NCBI GenBank assembly: GCA_964188305.1
Contig: OZ076885.1
DNA: 64,000 bases
Direction: 5' to 3' (one strand)
Source of the DNA: Podarcis bocagei
Lineage: Eukaryota
Shown here: positions 1 through 13,359 of the stretch, in pieces
How positions within the stretch are numbered: position 1 is the stretch's first letter
Layout of the letters: each line of letters begins with the position of its first letter
The notes under the pieces: model-generated
The model's database searches: none
Told to the model about the DNA's origin: nothing
The model's input: the letters and a program-made list of their open reading frames with translations, nothing else
Made by a program: the position numbers and the translations under genes

Positions 1-493
1 CATCAAAACCCCTTGTTTCATGGTTAGCAATGTCTGTAGAATATTTTTTACAAGATTTTCTCATGACAGCAATCGTACAACTCTTTCACTTAGATATTCC
101 TCAAAAACATCTTTGAAAGTAATTATTAATTCTGGAAAGCGCAAATTCTGTCTTACGATGTTGATGAATTTCAGGCAGGAGATAAAAAAGTACACTCGTT
201 CCACAGTTATCTGACACAGAGGAGCAGTAAAGTAGTACAGGTGGACTCGTATTGTAGCCATCCCCAGGGAAGTAGTGATGAACCTGTGGCCCTCCAGGGG
301 TTGTTTGCCTTTAACTCATCAGCCCTATAGACAAAGAGGAGTAGGATGATTGGAGTTGGCTCCACCTGTGACCTATGCACATATTGACCTAGAGACATAT
401 TGATTACATGGTGCAGGAAGGAGTGAGCACAGAACATCATTAGAAGGTGATGAGAGCTTGGAGTTTGGAGGAGGGAGGGGAACACAGATGGCA

Positions 494-1119
494 TCACAGG
501 ATGAGGCGGCAGGTTCTGGAGGCAGAACTACTGTATAATCACCCATCACCCTGTAAATAAAAGAAGGTGTCCTGCTCACACTAGGCTCTTAAGTAAACAG
601 GGGACTTACCAGCAACAATACCCATGGGGCAAGCAGACAGAGCAGCATCCAGGGCCAGAGTCCAAGCAAGCTGAGCTTGCAAAAGGCAGGAGGCAACATC
701 AGAGCAGTTCAAGGTCAGGGTCCAAGCTAGAAGAGTTCACAAGAGTCAGACAATAACTGAAGCTACTGTAACAAACCCGAACCTCAGCTGACTCCTATCA
801 ACCCCCTTCATACCAGAGGTCTCCTTGGGAGGAGTGTATTACTTCTGAGGGGATGTACTTTACTTTACTCTGGAGGAATCCTTTCCTGCAATCTCCAGGT
901 GGGCCAGGTTTCCATCTAGTCTTTACAATAGTACTGCATTTGCCTTGGGTTTGGGATCCAATTCAGCCCCAAAGTTTGAGGCGGAACTCACCTTGGGTGC
1001 AGATGGCCCTTTCCCTTGCCTTGTTGCAGTATCCCAGATGGAGGCTGACCTAGGACTCGGTATAAGATCAGGGTCTCGTGTCCACCCTCTGATAAGGGCT
1101 CTCCTGGCTGAGACATGAC
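494..1119 (-). mobile_element. Decayed LTR-like element (boundaries approximate)
   Basis: Minus strand begins TGTCATG and has the same purine-rich then GACCTTG/GACTCTG layout as 36930-37690; no TSD found. Confidence 0.4.
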
Positions 1120-2801
1120 AGAAAAGTAGCTTCACCGTGTGTGTGTATGCAAAAGCGCATGGGATGGGATGCCAAACTGGCTCTTGGATCCGAGTGGAAT
1201 AAAGCCTAGTTTTACCTCTTCCCAAAGGCTTCCCGGTAGGATTTCAGAAAAACATTAAACATTTATTTCTCCCATGAAAATATAATACAAATACACCAAG
1301 GTATCCTGATTCAGAATACTTTCAGGTGTGGTGAGAACACTGATGATTTGGCAATAAAAGATAACATCTTATTTTCCTGCATATTACTTGAAAGGTGTTT
1401 CATATTACAGCTATGAGCAAACAAGTCCTTCACACATATGCAACAACTTATAATAAGAGGACATTAGAACACATGCAATTCTCCCCTGCCCCCATAAAAA
1501 AATAGCATCTTGGTGCACCTGACTGCAGAATTTTACCCCAGTTGCTATATGTATTAGATTTATATTATCTATTCTCTGGTTTCTCTTCAGATCATAGAAA
1601 TATTTTTCCTTTTTAGTTTCACATTATCTGTGTTATATTTGTTGTTATTTTTAATTGTCATATATACAAACGTTTTAGCTGTTTTTAAAAAGGCTGTTGC
1701 TATGCATATGCTTTTATTCTACTGTAAATCACTTCACCAGGTTATGGGAAGTGTTTTATAAACAACAACAACAAATAGGATTCCCTATTCAAAAAAACAA
1801 AATAACCACAGGCTGCTACTCTGCATTCAAAATTTGCAATTACTACTAGCCATGTATTCAGTGTAGCAGGTCTAAGCCTGTGGAACTCTCCCTAACTGAG
1901 ATTAGACAGCCCCCTCCTTGCGGAGTTTCAGACACATGAAAAATACGTCCTTATTTCAGCAGGCATCTTAAGGCAGTGTTTGGCTTCATCGTGCATTTCC
2001 TACTACTCTTACTCTTCATGTGGTTTATTTATTTATTTATTGTAATTGTATGTGCACTGCTTAGAAACATTAATGATTAAGTGATGCATAAATACCTTAA
2101 ATAATAAATAAATAATGGCAACCATGTGTCAAGTTTCCCCTCCCCTGAATGCCTTAGCTCCTTTCCCTTAGCTCCTTTCCCAATTGTAGGGGCAGAGAAC
2201 AAGGAGGTAAGCTCAACTCCATTGCAGAGAGAAATTATGATCTTAGACTCTTTGGATATTGGAGAAGAAGGGCATTTCCAGAAACTATTATAAACACTAC
2301 TTGTTTATATATGGAGCAAGCATTGTAGAGCAGGAACAGGAAGGAAGGAAAGGATATTGACTCAAAATCAGACCTGGTTTACATTCCACATCAGATAAAA
2401 GTTTCTTAAGACACAAATTCATATGTTGTGAAACGTGTAGTAGCAAATTCCAGTGGGTTAAGGCAGATAAACTTTGAGGGGGGAGCACACTTGACAGAGT
2501 GAATCAACTAATTTATGTAGTAATCCGCTGTGACTGCAATTCTTAGCTCACCCTTCTTTCATTAGGGAACTCCCAAGATGACATAATCAGAATTGCTGCA
2601 TCACTCTCCTCAAAAAACAAAGCAAACAAACATCACTTACATTTTCTTTCACAGGTTCTGTAATAATAAACTAAATGGTTGAGAATTTCCTTCCTCTGTA
2701 GTGTTACCCCACAGTCTGACACCCAATGTAGTCTGCAGTGCAGAGCAATTTCCCTCAGGGAAGATAATGTTATTAAGGGTCCACTAGCTACAAATCATGA
2801 A

Positions 2802-3161
2802 GACGTGAGTGGTGCTGTGGTCTAAACCACAGAGCCTAGGGCTTGTCAATCAGGAGGTCGGTGGTTCGAATCCCTGCGACGGGGTGAGCTCCCGTTGCTC
2901 GGTCCCTGCTCCTGCCAACCTAGCAGTTTGAAAGCACGTCAAAGTGCAAGTAGATAAATAGATACCACTCCGGCGGGAAGGTAAACGGTGTTTCCGTGCA
3001 CTGCTTTGGTTTCGCCAGAAGTGGCTTAGTCATGCTGGCCACATGACCCGGAAGCTGTCTGCAGACAAACACCTGCTCCCTCAGCCTACAGAGCAAGATG
3101 AGCGTGCAACCCCAGAGTCATCCACGACTGGACCTAACGGTCAGGTGTACCTTTACCTTTA
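2802..3161 (+). mobile_element. Sauria-type (Squam1) tRNA-derived SINE
   Basis: A-box GGTGCTGTGG, B-box GGTTCGAATCC, characteristic body (AAGTGCAAGTAGATAAATAG) and (ACCTTT)n tail. Confidence 0.9.
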
Positions 3162-3183
3162 GCCACAAATAAAAAATGACATA

Positions 3184-3409
3184 CAGTGGTACCTCGGGTT
3201 ACATACGCTTCAGGTTACAGACTCCACCAACCCAGAAATATTACTTCGGGTTAAGAACTTTGCTTCAGGATGAGAACAGAAATCGCGCAGCGGCGGCGCA
3301 GCGGCAGCAGGAGGCCCCATTAGCTAAAGTGGTGCTTCAGGTTAAGAACAGTTTCAGGTTAAGAACAGACCTCCGGAACGAATTAAATTCTTAACCCGAG
3401 GTACCACTG
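3184..3409. mobile_element. Tc1/mariner-type MITE, family 1 copy a
   Basis: TIR CAGTGGTACCTCGGGTTA, TA target duplication; three similar copies in the window. Confidence 0.9.
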
Positions 3410-4047
3410 TAATACAAAATACACAAGATTGTTAAAACAGAAAAGAAAACAGTCATAGATTGTCTAAGTAAGAGCAATTGAAATATTTAGAAATATGACA
3501 GCTGAAATGTTTATTACACTTATGATACAGATCTTAATCTAGTGAGATTGGTCTGCTCTCTACTAAAGTCAATGGCAAAACATTGTTTTCCCACTAAGGC
3601 TTATGCCTGTATCCAGACAACACAGCATCAATATTATACAATTGAAAATGGGTACAGATAACCACTTTTGCCTTCTCTGTGAGATGTGCTATAAAAAAAA
3701 AGTTTCCTCATCAAAATGATACATCTAACCAAGTTATTCTGTGGTGGGAGAACTCACCTCAGAATGTCTGCATGGATTCAAGGTTGCTTCAGGAGATGTG
3801 GCAGAGTTATGGCTTCTGAAAGAAAAGTAAGCAAAATACTGCATTTTGCCTATCCACTAGGGCTGATCATGGTAAATGTTCCCTCTCCAGAAAGGTTATA
3901 GTCCAACTATTTTTATAACATAACATAACATAACATAATTATTCAGAGAGAACTATATTTGCTGGGTCAGGGCACAAGAGGCCCAGATGTTCTTATCTTC
4001 TCTGTGAAATTGCTTTGAAGTTGTGTGAAGTGTTTTCAGGTTTGTAT

Positions 4048-4048
<1 letters not shown>

Positions 4049-4100
<52 letters not shown>
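4049..4100. repeat. (GT)n microsatellite
   Basis: Seen directly. Confidence 0.98.
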
Positions 4101-4102
<2 letters not shown>

Positions 4103-6146
4103 CCAGGTTTTGATGGTCATATGCCCCATAACTGCTTTAGACACTGCAACAGAAATATTTCCCTATTATTTGGATATACATTTATTTGACTGGGTTCCTC
4201 CTACCCATACCCTGGAAGCAGTGCTTGGTTTCCTTTTCCAGCAGGTGCTTATGTTGGTGTTAGGTGGCTGTTGTTTAAAAAAAATAAATTTTTTTTTTTT
4301 TAATGGGTAGGGTCACTTGGAAGGCTGCTTTGGTTAAAACAGAAACAGCTGCCTCCACAAGAGAAGGGGGAAAGGAATAATGCCTTAACTACCTGAAGCA
4401 GCTTCAGCATTGCAAGTACTGAATCATGTCCACCCCAAAAGATTGTCAGCAGGTAAGACAACTGAATGTTTTCAATGTACAGGCTACTATAGATTTAAGC
4501 GCATTTCTGCCGGCACTGAAGGTGATTAGATATTTGGTCATCTTGTGCACATATTTCAGTGAATGTCCAAAATGATGGAGGTTGTCAAACATCAGCACAG
4601 AATGCTACAAAGCAGCAGACATCTGATGAATTCCTAGAAATGCAGAGATAAACCAGTGAATGTGGCCTGTCACTTAATGGTCATTATTGTCAGTATTTAC
4701 TTAATATCACTTTGGACATTGAACAGATACATATGGGAAAGGAACTGACAACATTCGCTCATGTTTGTTGACCATCTCTACCATTTCAGAGTTTCACAGT
4801 AGCATACTCTACATTTACACGCTACGAACATACTACAGCCAGCTGCATAATAGATAAAATACTTGACGCAGGTCACCATAGCAAAATATATTCAACAACA
4901 AATATGTGTGCGTGTGTGCCAGTAATAGTTCTCAACAGCCAGATTTGTTTTAATTTTAACAACTTCTTGGTTGGTTGGTTGGTTGGTTGGGGAATGAATT
5001 TACCCCCATTCTCTGTGACAGTTGCCTCCTCAATTGCTCTGCCTTCTCTTTTCCAGGTTGAATTTGCCCACTTTCCCACTTCCTTCCAATCTTGTTTTCC
5101 ATTTCACTGACTGCCTTTCCCCCCTTCCTCTGAACACCTTCCTGTTTGTCTACATGCTAAAGTATGGTGCCCAGAACTGAACACATTAAATGAGATGAGA
5201 ATGAAGAAATAATAAACCTCATTACCCGAGGATAGGGAGAGGGAATGATTTTGAACTGCAGGGGTGTACATTAGAATGAACATAAAGAAGGGTTTCCTAC
5301 GATAAGAGCAGTCTGCAAATGGAATTGGTAGCTTAGAGAGGCTTCCTTGAGGGGCTCCTATTAAGTTGAAATAAGATCTATTTGGGATACTTTAATTGTA
5401 GTATGGTAATCTCAGATCAGGAAAGCTCCTCCAAGTCTGTGACTTGGATCATTTACACCCCACCCCATGGAGATGAACCCTAGCAAAAGCTGTACTTGTT
5501 AAATTTTGGTATAAGCAATTGGAGGGTCAATTTTCTATGCAGTTAATTTCTTGACATCACCACAGGAAAAGTGTGAGGTGCTTATAAGAAGGAGAGCTGG
5601 GCTCCTTCTGCAGCTGAAGATTACCTGTGAGCTTCATTTTAACACCATATTTGTCTTCATGCTGAAAAGCACAGCTGTCACACTCAGTTGTGCTGTTAAT
5701 ACACACAAAAACCACAATTTCAAAAATTCTAAGACCATGTTTCAGCTATACTAGACCGTAAGGTATCTTATAGTAAGACATGGTAGCATCTCTGGAAATC
5801 AGACCTAAGCAACACTTCACAATGCTTCTTTTTCATAAAGTAAAATGAAATGGTTGGGTTACAGCTGGGATAATCATAAACAGACATACCTCTTGGATAC
5901 ACACCAAAGCCCACTCCCCTTCCAATTATTGTATTTTAAATGAGGTTTTAAAAACTTTTTGTTATTTGGCTTTGAAGGGGTGCCTGCTTTTTGGTTTGTG
6001 TTTTATGAGTTTTTGGAGGGTGCAGGGTAGTTTTTTTGCCTGTTGGGGTCTGAAAGCTGTCAGCCCCCCCCCCATTCTGTGAAATGGGTATTTTGTGTGC
6101 CCATGATGATTTCCTAACTTTCTGAATGTGCCCCTGGGCACAAATA

Positions 6147-6315
6147 CCGTATTTTTCGCTCTATAACACGCACCCGACCATAACACGCACGTAGTTTTTA
6201 GAGGAGGAAAATCCGTAGGCATGCCACCCGTAGGCATTCCCTCCATAACACGCACAGATATTTCCCCTTACCTTTTAGGAGGAAAAAAGTGAGTGTTATG
6301 GTGCAAAAAATACGG
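6147..6315. mobile_element. 169-bp mariner/pogo-type MITE, family 2 copy a
   Basis: TIR CCGTATTTTT, TA TSD; near-identical copy at 56146. Confidence 0.88.
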
Positions 6316-9300
6316 TAATTTGTGATCCCCTGGGTTACAACAATACTTTCATAAGCAGTTGTACAAAACAGAAGGAAGCAAATGGCAGCTAAACCAATCT
6401 TGGTTGCAAGGAGTGGTGTGCAAAGGGACTCAGATTTCAGCTGTTTTGCTCCATTTTAAAAACAAAGCAGATGAAGCTAACTCAGCAAGGGCTGTCATTT
6501 TAAAGCACGAAGCCTTTCTGCTTCATGCAAAAGAGGTCTACACATTTGTATACACTTCCTCCTTAAACCTGCATGTGAATACACATCCATAAATAAGCAG
6601 AATATTGTTGCTGTTTTACAAAAGAAAAAAAAGCCCAACTAGTTTTTCATCAACTGTGCAAACACAGACCTTCAAGAGAAACTATACAGAAGTAAAGAAA
6701 GTCAGAGCAGAATTATCGTGCTTACACTTATTGCATCAGTGGTAAGAATTCAACATGAACAATGTTGCATAGAACGTAGGACTGGAAAGTTTTGGGCTCA
6801 AATGCTTGCACAGGCCTAAAGTAAACCTGGTGTTCTGTCCCTTAAGCTAGCCTACCTCATAGGACTGGTGGGATAATTCTATGTGTATGCTACCTTGGTG
6901 GAGGAAAGATGAGATGTAAGTTTCATGAAATAATGTAAAGGGCTTTTCATTGGCTGAACTTTGCTGAAATAATGGGTGATTGAGCTACCATTCCATAAGT
7001 AATAAGAGGAACAATATAAAACCGATAAGTATTCTCTGGAAAATCTCTGCACATTTGCCAATCTCTTTCCTTGTGGGGCAAATAACAGGTGTGAGAAGAG
7101 TAATTCTCCTCAGGAAAATGGCAGGGAAGTCAGCCCCCACTCTGGCTGAAAAGAAAAAGGTGTATGAAAGAGGCAGGACCCTAAGCTGAAGTGTGATGGG
7201 TGAAGTAAACCGGGGGGGGGGGCGGAGAGAGAGAGAGGATATCAGAAAGAAAGGACAGGAATGAAAACACTGGACGTCCAAAGACCACTGTGTTGGTGTT
7301 TCTGATTTAACTATACAGATCTTGGCTGTAGGCTTCATAGGTCACCTGTTCCCAGCTTCAGATGGGTACACACACCCTCAAACCTGGCCCAAGACATTTT
7401 GTTGTATGAGACAAAATGGCGCCTCGTCCTTCTCCTCCACCACCACCACCTGAGGTGACTGGAGATGGCTCAGGGAGGCCCCGGTGTGCTGAAGGCAGAG
7501 GAGGAGAAAAATGGCCAGAAAGGAGCAGGTTGGGGCAGAAAGGCATGCTCCTCAGGAGCCTTCAGAGCCGAGGAGGAGGAGGAGTTGAGTCTCAGTGGGT
7601 GGGCAGCTGTTTCTGAGTGGCAGAGGGCTTTCCTTCTCAGGGGGTGACTGGGATGGTGACGGCAGCTCCTATCCACAGATGAAAGGAGAATGGCAAAGGC
7701 AGCCAATGCATGTAAGAACACTCCTCTTTTTCCAGATCTGCTGCTCCTCACAGCTGTCCCCACCCTGTCACCTGAGGCAACTGTCTCAGTGGGCCTAATG
7801 GGTTGGCTAGCCCTGAACCCCTCCTCCCCCGTTTCATTCCCACTTTTCCTTGATTCCAACCACTCCCATTTCCATATGCCTCTTTCATCCCCGTGTGTCA
7901 GCTTCATGAGAGCATGTAAGCAAATTTGGGCCAACTCACAGAAATAACAATAGTCAAATATCTCCAGCTATTCTTTGCCGTGTGACACTTTGAGAAATGA
8001 AGAGGCCAAGTGGGCTTTTATTTGCATCTAAATGTTTATACTGCATGCCAACGTGAGCTAAATGAAAAGAAAACCTTAGAAGGGATAATGTCTGTGCATT
8101 TGCCCAACAGCCAATTCTATAAACAGAAAAGTCATTGAGTCCTTGCCAGGCTGTGCCTATTTATCACCATCCCTATTCAGGAATAGGGAAGGGAATATCT
8201 TAGCAGAGATAGGAACGTAAGGAACTGCCTTATGCCAATTCAGATCATTGGCCTGTCTGGCCCAGCATTCCTTTGTCTACTAGGAAAGTTCTTCATCCTG
8301 CTCAGTATTGTTTGCGTTGACTGACAGCAGCTGATAAGAATTTCAGACCAGGGGTTTTCCCTGGAAATGCTGGGAATCTGCATGCAAAACCCTTGCCCAA
8401 AATAGGTCCAAGGAAGTCAGCAGTGAGAGAGTTCAGTGAAGCTGTCAAGTGGGCCTAGGCTTGGTGCCTGAGGCACTATGGGAGAGCAAGAATGAGCAGC
8501 CATATTGGTTCCTGAGACCCCTTGAAAATGACAGAGCAGCTGGTAGGCTTAGCTGCCTAAAAACAATTGGGGAAGGCAGCTTCCTTTGTCGTGGTGCTGC
8601 GGGTTGGGGCGGGGGATGGAGGTGAGAAAAGGCTTTGTGCCTGTGTTGGCATGCAAGAGAAATTCCTACCCCAATTAGAGCTTATGAACTAATTGGCAGC
8701 ACACTCCCATTCCAGCAGCCAAAGCCAAACTGTAGCACCCTGCTTGTGGTTAACGCTTAGCTGGAATGAAATATTCAACGCAGCAATAGAGAAATTAAAA
8801 TAATTATTTATTTGTCAGACAAATAAATGAGAGGCACAGTGGTATATGGTTACCAAGCTCTGGCCTGGCTCCTGCCATTATGGCCAGCCCTTATATTCCC
8901 TTAATCCAGCCCCCTTTGCTCCTCCTGTGGCTGCCTCTGTCCAATCAGCCTGGTTGGATTTCCTATTGGCTGATTGCTATATCCAATCCTAAAAGATACA
9001 CCCACATCCTCCTGTCCTTATATGGAACACAAACAGCTATATATTGTTACATCTATAAATGACAAATAAGTAGTAATATATCTTACATGTGTCTCAACAA
9101 GGAATCTTAATTACCAGCTCACCTCTTGCCCTCCCTGCCCTATTGCCTTCTAAAACAAATGGTTAATCTTAAATTTTTATCTTAAACATATGTCAAGGAT
9201 CTTGAGTTTCACATCAACATTGAAAGATATCCTTCATTTGAAGGTTTCTAAACAAATGTCTGACAGCTAATATATCAGGACAGCATTTGATGGCGTCTTC

Positions 9301-11320
9301 CTGTCTGGCAGGGGGGCTAAACTGCTGGCTGACTTAATTCCAGGATAAATACAACTCTTCTAGCATTTGTTAAATCCTTTGCATAATTACATTTAAGCCA
9401 ATATATTTAAGCTAATATATTTCATACATTATCATAGGTAACCTTTTAAAAGAATAAAGCTTCTCAAAGTAGAAAGGAAGGAACTCAGTAAAAAAAACAG
9501 TTTTTAAAGAAGGCTCTTTAGTTTACACCTCCCCCTTTCACCCTCCTTTCCAGCCTCAAAATAAAATAGGAAGAAGCTTCTTTTTCCCCAGCCAAGCCAG
9601 TTGCCTTTTCTCTCAGTTTAAGAAAGAAACAGTTTTAAAAAGACTTCCCAAAAAAACCTCTCTTTCTCTGTCAGCTAGATGCTTCTCCCCATTTGCCTCT
9701 GGCCTTAGAAAATACAGCTCAAGGTTTAAGAGAGGCCCATGGTATCATTTTACTATTTGCCCATTCCTAATTATATTTATCTCTGCCTTTGTTATCTTCT
9801 GTAACATGTAGGGTCAGTGTCATTACTCAGTCTGTAATTTCAGCTTTTATGACTTTGAGAATTGCTTTCTGCTATCAATCAAAAGGGGCCCCTTGTCTAA
9901 GAGGAGGAAAACACTGTTTTCTTAAGCAGCTAGCCTTCTTGCCTGGCATGAAACATTTGAAAATCTACTTTTGAAAATCTAAGCCCTCTTTAATATACAA
10001 GTCCTGATCAAACATTAATAAAATGCAGGCTTATGCCTGATGCCTCAAAACAATCGCAGACAATTTATTTCCTCCATGGGCAGCTAACAAAGCACAGGAT
10101 CATTCAGGCAGCCACCATGACTCAACTGGATCCCTTCTGCATTCGTTGTGAAGTATTTCTTAGAAAGAGGTTTTGAAAAGTGGTTCAACGAAGCCACACC
10201 AGCCTTTAGCCTGCCAGACCATTCAAAACAGAGGCCTTAAGTCTCTGAGTCAGGCTCAGGGCCAGGGTTTGTGCATGCTACTTACAAGTGTGCTGCCCCT
10301 CACATGGTCATTGCTATGGGCTTGTGTGCACCTGTACACATCTGTTGCATTTATGTGACTTTAAAGACCTGGAGGAAACCTTGAAACATTTATGTGACAC
10401 TGACTTAAGCCAGGATGTGAAGAGTCAGGTTCTTCCCCTCTCATTGGCCAAAGCTGAAAATGAATATTAAAAAGCAAGGAATCTGTGGTAAATGTATTCA
10501 AAATTAGTATGAAAGCAGCTCAGAAGGAATGAGGTGCAAGGTAATGGCCAGGCCAAGATAAGGCCATCACGTTCGGATATTTAACAAAACATAAAATTTC
10601 CATCCAAGATGGCTGTCATCAGAAATGGAATGGGAGAATATCATAACATGCATTTTTTTTTAATCTGAATCCAGAATGCACGCCTTCCGGGATGCATTCA
10701 TGGGCAATTCACGTGACCCATGCTGCACTCCAGCCCCCAAAAAGTGCTTTTGGGGGGCTAGAGCACAGCACAAAAGCATGTGAGATTACGGCCCCCAAAA
10801 TGGCCACTGAGATCTTGCATGAAAAAATGGGGTGCCCCATTTTTTCCAGGGCACTTGGCAGGTATGGAATATTTTATTTCTTTCAGTGGAAAACAAATGG
10901 CTATACAGGGGAGCAGTGCTTCACGAGGTCCAATTACTGTTTGCCTGGGTGAATCATAGCCAGAAAAGACACAGTGTGGCCAGGCACAGGATTGTCACCT
11001 TTACTCAAAGGGTCTGGGCTGGCATCCTGGTGGGGCCCTAGAACTCTGGCAGGGCTCATCACTGGTGCCTGGTGCTTCAAGCAATGTCCAACAGCTCGAT
11101 CTCGCAGCCATTTTGATTTCCCAGAATGCCCTGGAGTGTTGCTACCTCAGGGGATTTGTGGGAAATTAAAATAGGGATACCAATGGAGGTGAGGACCTGC
11201 AGACAAATAAAGGAGGAGGGCACTGTTTGCCCAGAACCTTGAAAATCTTGATGTGACTCGAAAGGAGGATAAATTCCAGTCAGAGAACATTGAAATGTTT
11301 AAATTAAAATATTCCCTGTA

Positions 11321-13224
11321 TTTTTTTCTTCTTTTTTAAATAATATTTATTAAAGTTTCACAAACAATGAAGAGTTTCAAAATTTAAACATAAGAAAGAC
11401 TACAAAAATGAAAAAATACAAAAACAAAACACATAAAAAATACACAATAAAAACAGTTAACAAAAGAAGGTAAGGAAAAAAGGAAAGGAAAGAAAAAAAA
11501 CAAAGCAGAAAATAGATTAGTATTTTCAAATCTTATACTTCCTTCACTAGTTTCTTGACCTCCTCACACCTCCCATTTTGTATTCCAGTTCAAATATTAA
11601 ATTCAGCAAGTCCTTACCCTCTAGCATTTATCCTCACTCAAGATATTAACCTATTATAAATATCAATTTTCCAGTTATTAATCCTTATTTACATTTTCTT
11701 AACAATCTTTTTACCAATACTACTTATTTTCCATCAGACATCGTTTTAACATTCCTTAATTTTACAGTGCTTCTGCAAGTAGTCTTTAAATTTATTCCAG
11801 TCTTCCTCCACCAACTCTTCTCCCTGGTCACGAATTCTACCAGTCATTTCTGCCAATTCCATGTAGTCCATCACTTTCATCTGCCATTCTTCCAATGTGG
11901 GTAGCTCCTGTGTCTTCCAATACTTCGCAATGAGTAGTCTTGCTGCTGCTGTTGCATACATAAAGAAAGTTCTATCCTTCTTTAGCACCAATTGGCCGAC
12001 TATGCCCAGGAGAAAGGCCTCTGGTTTCTTCAGGAAGGTATATTTAAATACCTTTTTCATTTCATTATAGATCATCTCTCAGAAAGCCTTAATCCTTGGG
12101 CACGTCCACCAAAGGTGAAAGAATGTACCTTCAGTTTCTTTACATTTCCAACATTTATTATCGGACAAATGATAGATTTTTGCAAGCTTGACTGGTGTCA
12201 TGTACCACCTGTAAATCATTTTCATAATATTCTCTCTTAGGGCATTACATGCCGTAAATTTCATACCTGTGGTCCACAACTGTTCCCAGTCAGCAAACAT
12301 AATGTTATGTCCAACATCCTGTGCCCATTTAATCATAGCAGATTTTACCGTTTCATCCTGAGTATTCCATTTTAACAGCAAGTTATACATTCTTGAAAGT
12401 ATCTTAGTATTGGGATCTAGCAATTCTGTTTCCAACTTTGATTTTTCCACCTGGAAGCCAATTTTTTTATCTAAATTGTATACCTCTCTTATTTGGTAAT
12501 AATGAAGCCAATCTCGCACTCTATCTTTTAATTTCTCAAAACTCTGCAATTTCAATTTGTCTCCTTCTTGCTCTAGAATCTCCCAATATTTTGGCCACCT
12601 AGCCTCCATATTGAGCCTTTTTTGAGCTTTTGCCTCCATTGGTGACAACCACCTTGGGGTTTTATTTTCAAGTAAGTCTTTATATCGTATCCAGACATTG
12701 AACAGTGCTTTCCTGACAATATGGTTTTTAAATGCCTTATGTGCTTTAACCTTGTCGTACCACAAATATGCATGCCACCCAAAAACATTGTTGAAACCTT
12801 CTAAATCCAAAATGTCTGTGTTCTCAAGAAGCAGCCAGTCCTTCAACCAGCAGAAGGCTGCTGATTCGTAATAGAGTTTAAGGTCTGGCAGGGCAAACCC
12901 CCCTCTTTCTTTTGCATCAGTTAGTATTTTAAATTTTATTCTGGGTTTCTTGCCCTGCTAGACAAACTTGGAAATGTCTCTCTGCCACTTCTTGAAACAG
13001 TCCATTTTATCCAAAATTTGTAACGATTGAAACAAAAACAACATTCTTGGCAATACATTCATCTTAATAACAGCAATTCGGCCCAACAAGGAAAGCTTCA
13101 AGTTTGACCATATTTCTAAGTCCTTTTCGACGTCCGACCAACATCGTTCGTAATTGTCCTTAAATAAGTTCCCGTTTTTAGCTGTCATATTAATCCCCAA
13201 ATATTTCACCTTCTTGACCACTGT
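11321..13224 (-). mobile_element. 5'-truncated L1/Tx1-clade LINE (ORF2 RT C-terminus and zinc knuckle, 3' UTR, A-rich tail)
   Basis: VKYLGI and LSLLGRIAVIKMNVLPR RT-thumb motifs, CWKC..HLWWTC finger, minus-strand AATAAA near 11346, 17-bp TSD TTAAAATATTCCCTGTA at 11304-11320 and 13225-13241; two in-frame stops. Confidence 0.95.
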
Positions 13225-13243
13225 TTAAAATATTCCCTGTAGT

Positions 13244-13359
13244 CAGGGCTTTTTTTCACCAGGAACTCAGTTCCGGAACATCTTAGGTGGGCACCATTGC
13301 CATTCTAAGAGAACAAGGGAGGCATTCATGGCACCTCTTTTTCTAGAAAAATAGCACTG
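13244..13359. mobile_element. Short hAT-like MITE; an inverted copy lies at about 19133-19262
   Basis: CAGGGCTTTTTTT...AAAAATAGCACTG ends; internal sequence shared with the 19133 copy. Confidence 0.65.

Noticed and set aside
3176-3394. Recurrent similar ORFs at 3176, 15521 and 32616 suggesting a gene family
   Set aside because: They are translations of the same non-coding MITE.
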